64,000 nt of DNA from Gemmatimonadaceae bacterium (lineage in GTDB: Bacteria; Gemmatimonadota; Gemmatimonadetes; Gemmatimonadales; Gemmatimonadaceae): NCBI GenBank assembly GCA_036280075.1, contig DASURL010000147.1, forward strand, positions 95 to 64,094. Direction: 5' to 3'. The notes below the pieces were generated by a model, which saw only the letters and a list, made by a program, of their open reading frames with translations, was not told the DNA's origin and searched no databases. The translations under genes and the position numbers were made by a program. Each line of letters starts with the position of its first letter. Within the stretch, counting starts at the first letter, position 1. Positions 17,254 to 25,912 of the stretch are shown one piece after another.

Positions 17254-18219
17254 ATGCGCTTCCGCATTCTCGCCGCGCTCGCTCTCGCCGCACTTCCGGC
17301 CTGCCATCGAAACGCGCCCGACGACCTGTCCGGCGTCGGCACGGTGGAGATGGTCGAGGTTGACGTCGCGCCCACGTCTCCCGCGCGCGTCGAGCGCGTC
17401 ATGCCGCGCGAGGGTGCCACGGTCAAGCAGGGCGACGTCGTCGCGCAGCTCACCCAGGCGACGATGTCCGCCGACCTCGACGCGCGCCGCGCACGGCTCG
17501 CCGGCGCCGAGGCGGTGCTGCGCGACCTCACCATGGGTCGCTCCTCCCCCGATCGTGCCCGTGCCGCCGCCGAGCTGCAGGGCGCCGAAGCCGAGGTCGC
17601 GCGGACATCGGCCGACCTGCGCCGCCTCACGCCGCTCGCCGAGAGCGGCACCGTGAGCCGGCAGCAGCTCGACGCGGCACGCAACGCCGCCGCACAGGCG
17701 GTGAGCCGCCGCGACGCCGCGCGCGCCAACCTGCGGCTCGTCTCGCAGGGCGCACGGCCCGAGGCCATCGCCCAGGCGCAGACCGAAGTGCGCGCCGCCA
17801 GTGCCGCGCTCCGTGCCCTCGAGAGCAGCGCCGCGGAACTCGTCCTGCGCGCGCCGATCAGCGGCGTGGTCAGCAGCCGCAACGCCGAGCCGGGCGAGGT
17901 GCTCGCCGCGGGCCAGCCCGCCGTCACCATCGCCGACGCGAGCCGCCCCTTCGTCCGCGTGTATTTGAACGAGCACGCCTTCTCGCGCGTGCGCGTCGGG
18001 CAGCAGGCGGACGCGCGACTCGACGCGTTTCCCGACACGCCCATTCCCGGCCGCGTGTCCGCCGTGGCCACGCGCGCCGAGTTCACCCCGCGCGTCGCGC
18101 TCACCGAGAACGAGCGCGCCGACCTGCTGTTCGCCGTGCGCGTCGAGCTGAGCGACACCACCGGTCGCCTCAAGGCCGGACTGCCGGTCACCGTGCATCT
18201 CCTCGGCACGCCCCCATGA
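17254..18219 (+). CDS. HlyD-family membrane fusion protein
   Basis: 321 aa. Lipoprotein signal (ALPAC), coiled-coil Ala/Arg-rich hairpin, and a barrel-sandwich C-terminus. Overlaps the downstream ABC ATPase gene. Confidence 0.8.
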   Translation: MRFRILAALALAALPACHRNAPDDLSGVGTVEMVEVDVAPTSPARVERVMPREGATVKQGDVVAQLTQATMSADLDARRARLAGAEAVLRDLTMGRSSPDRARAAAELQGAEAEVARTSADLRRLTPLAESGTVSRQQLDAARNAAAQAVSRRDAARANLRLVSQGARPEAIAQAQTEVRAASAALRALESSAAELVLRAPISGVVSSRNAEPGEVLAAGQPAVTIADASRPFVRVYLNEHAFSRVRVGQQADARLDAFPDTPIPGRVSAVATRAEFTPRVALTENERADLLFAVRVELSDTTGRLKAGLPVTVHLLGTPP

Positions 18220-18968
18220 CCGTCACCGCGGCGATCCATACGCGGGCGCTGCGGAAGGTGTTCGGCGCACTCGTCGCCGTGGATGCGCTCGACCTCGACG
18301 TGGCGCGCGGCGAGGTATTCGGGCTCCTCGGGCCCAACGGCTCGGGAAAGACGACGACGATCCGCATGCTGTGCGGGCTGCTCGCCCCGACTTCGGGGGA
18401 GGCGGTGGTGGTGGGACTCGACGTCCGCCGCGAGGCGGAGGCGTTGCGCAGCCGCATCGGTTACATGTCGCAGCGCTTCGGGCTGTACGATGACCTCACC
18501 GTGTACGAGAACCTGCGCTTCTACGCCACCGTATATGGACTGCACGGCGAGGAGCGCCGCGCGCGGCTGGAGTCGCTGCTGCAGGATCGTGGTCTCGCGC
18601 CGCGCCGCGACCAGCTCGCGGGCACGCTGTCCGGTGGCTGGAAGCAGCGGCTCGCCCTCGCCTGCGCCACGGCGCACGAGCCGCCGCTGCTCTTCCTCGA
18701 CGAGCCCACGGCAGGCGTCGATCCGGCGTCGCGCCGTCGGTTCTGGGAGCTGATCCACGACCTCGCGCACGCCGGCACCACCGTGCTCGTCACCACGCAC
18801 TACATGGACGAGGCCGAGCGGTGCGACCGGCTCGCCTTCCTCTCGCGGGGGCGGCTCATCGCCCAGGGAACGCCCACGGAGATCACGACGCAGTTCGGGA
18901 AGCCGTCGGTGGAGGACGTGTTCATCGACCTGCAGCTGCAGGACGAAGGCCGGGAGGTCGGGACGTGA
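18216..18968 (+). CDS. ABC transporter ATP-binding protein (ABC-2/drug-export type)
   Basis: 250 aa. Walker A GPNGSGKTT, signature LSGGWKQR, Walker B LFLDEPT. Confidence 0.9.
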   Translation: MTVTAAIHTRALRKVFGALVAVDALDLDVARGEVFGLLGPNGSGKTTTIRMLCGLLAPTSGEAVVVGLDVRREAEALRSRIGYMSQRFGLYDDLTVYENLRFYATVYGLHGEERRARLESLLQDRGLAPRRDQLAGTLSGGWKQRLALACATAHEPPLLFLDEPTAGVDPASRRRFWELIHDLAHAGTTVLVTTHYMDEAERCDRLAFLSRGRLIAQGTPTEITTQFGKPSVEDVFIDLQLQDEGREVGT

Positions 18969-20095
18969 GGCTGTCGAACGCGATTCGCGCGTCGCGCTTC
19001 TGGCCGATGCTCTCGAAGGAGTTCATCCAGATGCGCCGCGACCGGCTCACGCTCGGCATGATGGTCGTGATCCCCGCCGTGCAGCTCATGCTGTTCGGCT
19101 ATGCCATCCGCACCGAGGTGCGACACCTCCCCGCCGTGGTGCTCGATCGGTCGAACAGCTCGGAGAGCCGCGCTCTCGTGTCCACGCTGCGCAACACGGG
19201 GAACTTCGACGTCGTGGAGTACGTGGCCGACCGCCACGCCCTGGAGGATCGCATCCGGCGCGGCAGCGCGCGCGCTGCCTTCGTCATCCCGCCGGAGTTC
19301 ATGCGCGACATCAAGCGCGGCCGCACCGCGCAGGCGCAGGTGATCGTGGACGCCGCCGATCCCCTCGCATCGTCGGCGGCCATCGCCGCGGCGTCGCAGG
19401 CGGGACAGTACCGGGCCCTGCAGATGGTACGAGCCTCCTCGCCCCGGGTCATTCCCCTCGACCTGCGCGTCCGCCCGTGGTACAACCCGTCGCTCCGCAG
19501 CTCGGCGTACATCGTCCCCGGCATGGTGGGGATCCTCCTCATGATGACGCTGGTGCCGATCGCCAGCATGGCGGTGGTGCGCGAGCGCGAGCGTGGCACC
19601 CTCGAGCAGCTCGTCGTCACCCCCATCAGCCGCACGAGCCTGATGCTCGGGAAGCTCGTGCCGTTCGTGCTCGTCGCCTACGTGCAGATGACCGTGGTGC
19701 TCCTGCTCGGCAAGCTGCTGTTCGACATCCCGATCCGCGGCAGCCTTGTGCTCCTCTACGCGGTGACGCTGACCTATGTCATCGCGAATCTGGCGCTCGG
19801 CCTGCTCGTCTCGGCCCGCGCGCGCACGCAGGTGCAGGCGATGCAACTGGGGATGTTCTTCATCCTGCCGAACATCCTGCTCTCGGGATTCATGTTCCCC
19901 CGCGACGCGATGCCGGTGGTCGCGCAGTGGATCGGCCTGCTGATCCCGCTGACGTACTATCTCGAGCTCGTACGCGGGATCCTGCTCAAGGCCAACGGCA
20001 TCGCGTACGTCTGGCCGGATGTCCTCGTGCTGGCGCTGTTCGGCGTGGTGCTGATGACGGTCGCGACCCGGCAGTTCTCGAAGACGATCGAGTGA
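18965..20095 (+). CDS. ABC-2 type transporter permease
   Basis: 376 aa from GTG 18965 (GTGA overlap with the ATPase stop). A large extracytoplasmic loop after TM1 is followed by 5 TM helices. Alternative start at MLSKEF. Confidence 0.8.
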   Translation: MRLSNAIRASRFWPMLSKEFIQMRRDRLTLGMMVVIPAVQLMLFGYAIRTEVRHLPAVVLDRSNSSESRALVSTLRNTGNFDVVEYVADRHALEDRIRRGSARAAFVIPPEFMRDIKRGRTAQAQVIVDAADPLASSAAIAAASQAGQYRALQMVRASSPRVIPLDLRVRPWYNPSLRSSAYIVPGMVGILLMMTLVPIASMAVVRERERGTLEQLVVTPISRTSLMLGKLVPFVLVAYVQMTVVLLLGKLLFDIPIRGSLVLLYAVTLTYVIANLALGLLVSARARTQVQAMQLGMFFILPNILLSGFMFPRDAMPVVAQWIGLLIPLTYYLELVRGILLKANGIAYVWPDVLVLALFGVVLMTVATRQFSKTIE

Positions 20096-20097
20096 GC

Positions 20098-20445
20098 CTA
20101 CGCCACCTCGATCTTCCACGATACCGTCGAGCAGCACAGCAGGCAGGTGGCGTGACCGCCGGGCTGCAGTGCCATCTCCGACACGAACTCGCACTCCGGG
20201 CAGACCGCCGTCACCGTGCGCAGCCCCTCCAGCGGGATGCCACTGTGCATGAGCCGGCGGACCATGTCGTCGGGGGCGGCGGCGCCGAGCGGGCAGAGGC
20301 TGCCGGTGCAGTGGTCCCCGATCTCGAGGCAGACCACCTCCGAGTCGTGCAGCGGTGCCTGGCCCTCCGTGACCGAAGGAGGGTTGGTGATCAGGACGCG
20401 CACGTTCCGGTCGCATGCGCCGCAGTAGACCTTCTGGCTTCTCAT
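20098..20445 (-). CDS. Cys-rich (10 Cys) hypothetical protein, last gene of the Rnf operon
   Basis: 115 aa from MRSQKVYCGAC, with GGGAGG SD 6 nt upstream. CxxC pairs (CGAC, CPEC), plus CTGSLC and CLLCC. No recognisable family. Confidence 0.55.
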   Translation of the reverse strand: MRSQKVYCGACDRNVRVLITNPPSVTEGQAPLHDSEVVCLEIGDHCTGSLCPLGAAAPDDMVRRLMHSGIPLEGLRTVTAVCPECEFVSEMALQPGGHATCLLCCSTVSWKIEVA

Positions 20446-20477
20446 GGCTGCCTCCCGAGGGTGCCCCGTGCGGTCCC

Positions 20478-21470
20478 TCACGTCAGTGGAATCACCTCGG
20501 CGGTTTCGTCGAGACGGCGTGCGATGGTCAGCGCGGCGGCGCGCGGAAGGCCGAAGACGGCGGTCGACGCGGCGTCTGCGTCGATGCAGTGGCTCGCGAG
20601 CACCGTGGCGCTGTGGAAGGGCGTCCGCCGCGGTGCGGCGGTCGCTGGATCGATCAGGTGGTGGTAGCGCACTCCCCGATAGCGGAAGAAGCGCTCGTAA
20701 TCCCCTGACGTGGCCACGGCGCGGTCGCGGATCCGCAGCGTGCCGGCGATGCCGCCCAGGTCGTGCGGGTCGCGGATGCCGACGGTCCAGTCGTCGCCAT
20801 CCGGCGCACTGCCGAGCGCGAACAGGTCGCCGCCCACGGTGACGATCGCGTGGCCGACCCCGCGGTCGCGCAGCACCTGCGTCGCGCGGTCGATACCGTA
20901 CCCCTTGGCGATGGCGCCGAGGTCCAGGTGCAGGTCGCGGTCCTCGAAGCGAAGCCGCGCGCCACCGGGCTCGGTGCTCATGTCCACCTTGCGCCAGAAG
21001 CCGCGATTGGCGAGCCGGTGCACGCTCGGCTCCGGCGGCGGCTCGTGCCGCTCGAGCACGTTCCAGAGCTCCGACGCCGCGCCCACCGCCGGGTCGAAGC
21101 GGCCGTCGCTCCTGGACGACGCGCGCAGCGCGGCCGCGACCACGGTGGCCGTCTCTGTGCTCACGCGGACCCCGTCGCGCGCCGCGCCCGCGTTCGCGCG
21201 GCCCACGTCGCTGTCGGTGCGGAAGCGCGTCATCAGCCCTTCCACGCGCTGGAGCTCGCGGATCGCGTCGTCTATCGCGTCTTCCGCGAATCGCTCGTCA
21301 CTGTGTGCCACCTGCAGCTCGGCAATGGTCCCCATGAGCGGGACGGTGCGGCGCACCAGTCGCACGCGCCGCCGCAGCGAGAGCGGCATCGAGAGCGCGA
21401 CGAACATCCCCACGCCAAGGGTGAGGAACTCGCGCCGGTCCGGATGGCGCGACCACAGGCTATCGGACAT
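20478..21470 (-). CDS. apbE: ApbE-family FAD:protein FMN transferase
   Basis: The ATSGDYERFF motif, a Tat-like N-terminus (DRREFLTLGVGMF), and the classical Rnf/Nqr context. The start is uncertain (21470, 21488 or 21518). Confidence 0.85.
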   Translation of the reverse strand: MSDSLWSRHPDRREFLTLGVGMFVALSMPLSLRRRVRLVRRTVPLMGTIAELQVAHSDERFAEDAIDDAIRELQRVEGLMTRFRTDSDVGRANAGAARDGVRVSTETATVVAAALRASSRSDGRFDPAVGAASELWNVLERHEPPPEPSVHRLANRGFWRKVDMSTEPGGARLRFEDRDLHLDLGAIAKGYGIDRATQVLRDRGVGHAIVTVGGDLFALGSAPDGDDWTVGIRDPHDLGGIAGTLRIRDRAVATSGDYERFFRYRGVRYHHLIDPATAAPRRTPFHSATVLASHCIDADAASTAVFGLPRAAALTIARRLDETAEVIPLT

Positions 21471-21609
21471 CCCTGGCCTCCTCGTCATGGCGCCCGCAGG
21501 CGCCGGTACAGCCGGCACAGTGTCCCGTGCAGCCGCGATACTTGATCGCTCCGAAGAGCACGAACAGCAGGGCCATGGCGCCCATGGCCACGACGGCGTC
21601 GATGATCAT
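21460..21609 (-). CDS. Small (49 aa) TM + Cys-cluster protein, NqrM / FeoB-associated-like; absent from the ORF track as a separate gene
   Basis: MIIDAVVAMGAMALLFVLFGAIKYRGCTGHCAGCTGACGRHDEEARDVR has one TM helix followed by C-x3-C-x2-C-x3-C. Its ATG (21609) overlaps the rnfA stop in ATGA, and its 3' end overlaps the apbE start. Confidence 0.55.
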   Translation of the reverse strand: MIIDAVVAMGAMALLFVLFGAIKYRGCTGHCAGCTGACGRHDEEARDVR

Positions 21610-22181
21610 TGGCTGCCCATCCCGGCGAATCCCATGAAGGCGAGTGACAGGCAGCTCGCCGCGACGAGCACGAGCCCCATTCGGCGCGCCACCACCGGGA
21701 CGTCGGCCACCTCCATCCGCTCGCGGATGGACGCCAGCAGCGACAGCGCCAGCGTCAGTCCGAACCCCGCGCCCAGCGCGAAGACGAGCCCTTCGCTCAG
21801 GGTGTAGTGCCGGCTTGTCTGGAACAGCGCGAGGCCGAGGATGGCGCAGTTGGTGGTGATGAGCGGCAGGTAGATGCCGAGCTGCCGGAAGAGCACGGGG
21901 AAGTACTTCTTCACCGCCATCTCCACGATCTGCACCGCGCTGGCGATGACGACGATGAAGGCGATCGTGCGCAGGTACGGCGTCCGTACGAGCACGAAGG
22001 TGTTCAGCACCCACGCGCTGAACGCGGTGATGATCAGCACGAACGTGTTGGCGAGCCCGAGCCGCCACGCCGTGCCGATCTTCGCCGTGACGCCGAAGAA
22101 GGAGCACAGCCCGAGGAACATCACCAGCGTGAAGTTGTTCACCACCAGCGTGGAGACGAAGATCCAGGCGAGGTTGCTCAT
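21606..22181 (-). CDS. rnfA: Rnf complex subunit A
   Basis: 191 aa from MSNLAWIFVSTLVVNNFTL. Polytopic and NqrE/RnfA-like (ITTNCAILG). ATGA overlap with rnfE. Confidence 0.9.
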   Translation of the reverse strand: MSNLAWIFVSTLVVNNFTLVMFLGLCSFFGVTAKIGTAWRLGLANTFVLIITAFSAWVLNTFVLVRTPYLRTIAFIVVIASAVQIVEMAVKKYFPVLFRQLGIYLPLITTNCAILGLALFQTSRHYTLSEGLVFALGAGFGLTLALSLLASIRERMEVADVPVVARRMGLVLVAASCLSLAFMGFAGMGSQ

Positions 22182-22894
22182 GCCAGTGCCTCCCGGCGAC
22201 GGCGGCGGAGCTCGGCGACCCACGCGACGGTGATGAGCAGCAGCCCGAGGGTGAAGAACCCGCCCGGCGGCAGCACCATGAACACCCAGGGCTCCCAGTG
22301 CGGCCCCATCACGTCGATGCCGAGCAGCGAGCCACGGCCGAGCAGCTCGCGAATCGCGCTCATCGCCGAGAGCGAGAGCGTGAAACCGAGTCCCATGCCG
22401 AGCCCGTCGGCCACGGCACGCACCGGACCGACCTTCGCCGCGAACGCCTCGGCGCGGCCGAGCAGCAGGCAGTTGGCGACGATGAGCGGGATGAACGGGC
22501 CGAGTGCCTTGCTGATCTCGGGGAAGCTCGCCGCGAGGAGCAGGTCGGCGAGCGTGACGAACGTCGCGATGATCAGGATGTACGAGGTGATCCGCACCTC
22601 GTGGGCGATGTACTTCCGGAAGAGCGAGACGAAGAGCCCCGAGCCGACCAGCACGAAGGTGGTGGCGAGCCCCATCGCGATGCCGTTCGCCATCACGTTG
22701 GTGACGGCCATCGTCGGGCACATGCCGAGCATCTGCACGAGCACCGGGTTCTCCTTCGCGATGCCGCGCCAGGTGTCCGCCCACAACGGGGCCGGGGGGG
22801 GCGCGCCCGGCACGAACTCGGGCGCTGGCGTCGCAGGTGGAGTCGGCGCGGGTGGCTCGTAGACTGGGCGTGGGGGTGCGACGGTCGTGCTCAT
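22178..22894 (-). CDS. rnfE: Rnf complex subunit E
   Basis: 238 aa. ENPVLVQMLGMCPTMAVT and IVANCLLLGRAEAFA are typical of RnfE/NqrD. The N-terminus is Pro-rich. ATGA overlap with rnfG. Confidence 0.9.
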   Translation of the reverse strand: MSTTVAPPRPVYEPPAPTPPATPAPEFVPGAPPPAPLWADTWRGIAKENPVLVQMLGMCPTMAVTNVMANGIAMGLATTFVLVGSGLFVSLFRKYIAHEVRITSYILIIATFVTLADLLLAASFPEISKALGPFIPLIVANCLLLGRAEAFAAKVGPVRAVADGLGMGLGFTLSLSAMSAIRELLGRGSLLGIDVMGPHWEPWVFMVLPPGGFFTLGLLLITVAWVAELRRRRREALA

Positions 22895-23589
22895 GCGCCA
22901 CCTCGGCGCTCGTACGCGACGAGCAGGGGCCGCCACTGCTCGATCGCGTGGTCGATGATGCGGATGACGGCGCGCGACGAGATGGTCGCGCCGGTGATGG
23001 TCTGCACCTCGTGCTCGCCGGACGGCGCGCGTCCCTTCACGCCGGTGAGTGGCGCGATGCGGCCGGCGAACTGTCTGCCGAAACTCGAGTCGCGCTCGAT
23101 CTTGTCACCGAGGCCCGGCGTCTCCTTCTGGTCCAGCACCTTGAAGCCGATCAGCCGCCCGCTCGCCGGCTCGAAGCCGATCATGAGCAGCACCTCCTCC
23201 TGGAAGCCGGGCTCCTGGGCCGTGATCGCGGCGCCGGTGGGCTTGCCCGACGCGTCGAAGCCGAGGTAGGCGTGCGGCAGCGTCTTCCGTTCGTCGGCGG
23301 TGACGCGCTTCGTCAGCGCGCCCTTCACCAGGTAGACGGTGTCCCACCGTGCCGGAGCGGCGAGCACCTCGCGCACCGCGCCGGCCTCCTTCTGCGCGGC
23401 ATAGCGCTCGATGGTCGGGAGCGTCGCGCGGTAGACGGCGACGACGAGCAGCCCCGCCGCCGCGCCGGCGATGCCGAGGGTGGCGAGCAGCCGCCATGAC
23501 GACACCTCGGGCGCCTTTGCGCTCTCGGGAGGCGCGACCGGCTCCGTGGGGGCTGCCGGCGGCGCGCAATGCGGTGCGACGGATGTCAT
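22891..23589 (-). CDS. rnfG: Rnf complex subunit G (FMN-binding)
   Basis: 232 aa with one N-terminal TM helix. FMN_bind domain with flavinylation motif TITGATISS. ATGA overlap with rnfD. Confidence 0.9.
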   Translation of the reverse strand: MTSVAPHCAPPAAPTEPVAPPESAKAPEVSSWRLLATLGIAGAAAGLLVVAVYRATLPTIERYAAQKEAGAVREVLAAPARWDTVYLVKGALTKRVTADERKTLPHAYLGFDASGKPTGAAITAQEPGFQEEVLLMIGFEPASGRLIGFKVLDQKETPGLGDKIERDSSFGRQFAGRIAPLTGVKGRAPSGEHEVQTITGATISSRAVIRIIDHAIEQWRPLLVAYERRGGA

Positions 23590-24581
23590 GCGACGCTCCG
23601 GACCCGGGTGCCGAACACGCGCGGCTGCGTCGCGCGGTTGATGAATGGCGTGAGCGCGTTCATGAACAGCACGGCATACATCATCCCCTCGGGGAGCCCG
23701 CCCCACACGCGAATGACGACGACGAGGATGCCGATGCCGACGCCGAACACCCAGCGTCCGCGGTTCGTCACCGGCGACGTCACCATGTCGGTGGCCATGT
23801 AGACAGCGCCGAGCATCAGCCCGCCCGAGAAGAGCATGAACAGCGGATCGGGCTTCGACGGATCGATGAGGTGCAGCACCGCACTGACCATGGCGACCGT
23901 GATGAGGATGCTCGCCGGGATGCGCCAGTTGAGCCACCCCCGCCAGGCGAGATAGAGCCCGCCAGCGAGGATCACCAGCGCCGCCGTCTCGCCGACCGAG
24001 CCACCCGTGGTGCCCAGCACCAGATCGCGCAGCGCCGTGCCGTGGTGCTCGAACTTGAGCAGGCCGAGCGGCGTGGCCGACGTGATGGCGGCGGGGCGTG
24101 GATGCGTGAACGGCATGGCGAACAGGTCGCCGCGCAGGGCGAAGAAGCTCCCTCCCTCCTGCGGCCAGGTGGTGATGGCCACCGGGAATGCCGCCTGGAG
24201 GAAGGCGCGCCCGACCAGCGCCGGGTTGAAGACGTTCTGCCCGAGCCCACCCCACACCGACTTGCCGAACACGATGGCGAATGCCGAACCGAGCGCCGTC
24301 ATCCACAGGGGGAAGCCCGCCGGCAGGGTGAGCCCGAGCAGGAGTCCCGTGATCGTTGCCGATCCGTCGCCGATCGCACCCCCTTTGCCCGTCGCCCGTT
24401 CGGCGAGGAGGGCGAACACCACGGCCACCGTCACCTGGAGCAGCGCGCTCACCCCGAAGAAGAGCGCCGACGCGGCGACGACGGGAACGAGGCTCGCCAC
24501 CACGTGCCACATGATGCGCGGCACCGAGTCCTGCGACCGCAGATGCGGCGACGCCGAGACGATGAGACGGTCGTGCGTCAT
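23586..24581 (-). CDS. rnfD: Rnf complex subunit D
   Basis: 331 aa, polytopic, NqrB/RnfD-like with AITSATPLG flavinylation motif. ATGA overlap with rnfC. Confidence 0.9.
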   Translation of the reverse strand: MTHDRLIVSASPHLRSQDSVPRIMWHVVASLVPVVAASALFFGVSALLQVTVAVVFALLAERATGKGGAIGDGSATITGLLLGLTLPAGFPLWMTALGSAFAIVFGKSVWGGLGQNVFNPALVGRAFLQAAFPVAITTWPQEGGSFFALRGDLFAMPFTHPRPAAITSATPLGLLKFEHHGTALRDLVLGTTGGSVGETAALVILAGGLYLAWRGWLNWRIPASILITVAMVSAVLHLIDPSKPDPLFMLFSGGLMLGAVYMATDMVTSPVTNRGRWVFGVGIGILVVVIRVWGGLPEGMMYAVLFMNALTPFINRATQPRVFGTRVRSVA

Positions 24582-25912
24582 GCGGCACCTCTCGCCGGCG
24601 TGCGGCGCAGGGCGAGCTTGCTCGCCTGGAAGAGCTGCGAGAGCGGGATGTTCGACGGGCAGACGTACGCACACGACCCGCAGAGCATGCAGTCGGCCAG
24701 GTGCAGCTCGGCCATCTCCTCGTAGCGCTGCACCCGGGCGTAGTCGCCGAGCAGCGACGGATTCAGGAACACCGGGCAGGCGTCGAGGCAGCGACCGCAG
24801 TGAATGCACGGATAGACCGTCTCCGCGCGCGTCTCGCTCCGGTCGAGCACGACCACTCCCGTCGTCCCCTTGATCACCGGGGCGTCGAGGTTGGCCTGCG
24901 CCTGGCCCATCATCGGCCCGCCGATGATCACCTCCGCCGCCGTCGGCGTCACGCCGTCGCAGTACGCAAGCAGGTCGCGCAGCTTGGTCCCCACGGGCAC
25001 GATCAGGTTGGCCGGCCGGCGCAGCCCGTGTCCAGACACCGTGACGATGCGCTCGATCAGCGGCAGGCCGGTGTCGAACACTTCGGCGATCGCCGACACC
25101 GAGCCGACGTTCTGCACCACCACGCCCACGCTCACCGGCAGCTTTCCCGACGGCACCTCCACGCCGGTGACGGCGTGGATCAGCATCTTCTCTGCACCCT
25201 GCGGATACTTCACCGTCAGCGGCAGGATCTGGATGTCCAGGTCGTACGGGCGCGTGCGGTCCAGCGCATCGATCGCATCCGGCTTGTTGCGCTCCACCCC
25301 GATCACGCAGCGCGAGACGCCGAGGCACGCCATCATGATGCGGATGCCGAAGTGCACGCGCTCCGGCAGCTCCGCCATCACGCGATGGTCCGACGTGAGA
25401 TAGGGCTCGCATTCCGCGCCGTTGATGATCAGCGTGTGCACGGAGAAGTCCTTCGGCGGCGCGAGCTTCACGTGGGTCGGGAACGCCGCCCCGCCGAGCC
25501 CGACGACGCCGGCGTTCTGCACGGCGGCAATTACCTGCTCGGTGCTGAGCCCCTCCCACTTCGGTACCATCCGCGGCCGCAAGATCTGTGGTGCATAGCG
25601 ATCCACCTCGATGCGCACCGCTTCCGCCATCGTGCCGTCGGGGTGGGGCCACCAGTCCACATCCACCACGGTGCCCGCGGCCGAGGCGTGAATCGGCACC
25701 GACATGAACCCGTCGGCCAGGCCGACCGGGTCGCCCCGCTCCACCCGCTCACCGACGCGCACGCAGAGCTTCGCCGGCTTGCCCGCATGCTGGCGAAGCG
25801 GGAGCACGATCTCGTCGGGGAAGGGCATCCGGCGGATGGGGAGGTGGCTCGTGAGTTCCTTCTCCTCCGGCGGATGGACGCCGTGGCGGAAGCCCGGGAA
25901 GACGGCAGTCAT
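24578..25912 (-). CDS. rnfC: Rnf complex subunit C (NADH-binding, 2x[4Fe-4S])
   Basis: 444 aa from MTAVFPGFRHGVHPP. Two CxxCxxCxxxCP motifs (CIHCGRCLDACP, CMLCGSCAYVCP). Its ATG shares 1 nt with the PFOR stop (TGATG). Confidence 0.9.
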   Translation of the reverse strand: MTAVFPGFRHGVHPPEEKELTSHLPIRRMPFPDEIVLPLRQHAGKPAKLCVRVGERVERGDPVGLADGFMSVPIHASAAGTVVDVDWWPHPDGTMAEAVRIEVDRYAPQILRPRMVPKWEGLSTEQVIAAVQNAGVVGLGGAAFPTHVKLAPPKDFSVHTLIINGAECEPYLTSDHRVMAELPERVHFGIRIMMACLGVSRCVIGVERNKPDAIDALDRTRPYDLDIQILPLTVKYPQGAEKMLIHAVTGVEVPSGKLPVSVGVVVQNVGSVSAIAEVFDTGLPLIERIVTVSGHGLRRPANLIVPVGTKLRDLLAYCDGVTPTAAEVIIGGPMMGQAQANLDAPVIKGTTGVVVLDRSETRAETVYPCIHCGRCLDACPVFLNPSLLGDYARVQRYEEMAELHLADCMLCGSCAYVCPSNIPLSQLFQASKLALRRTPARGAA

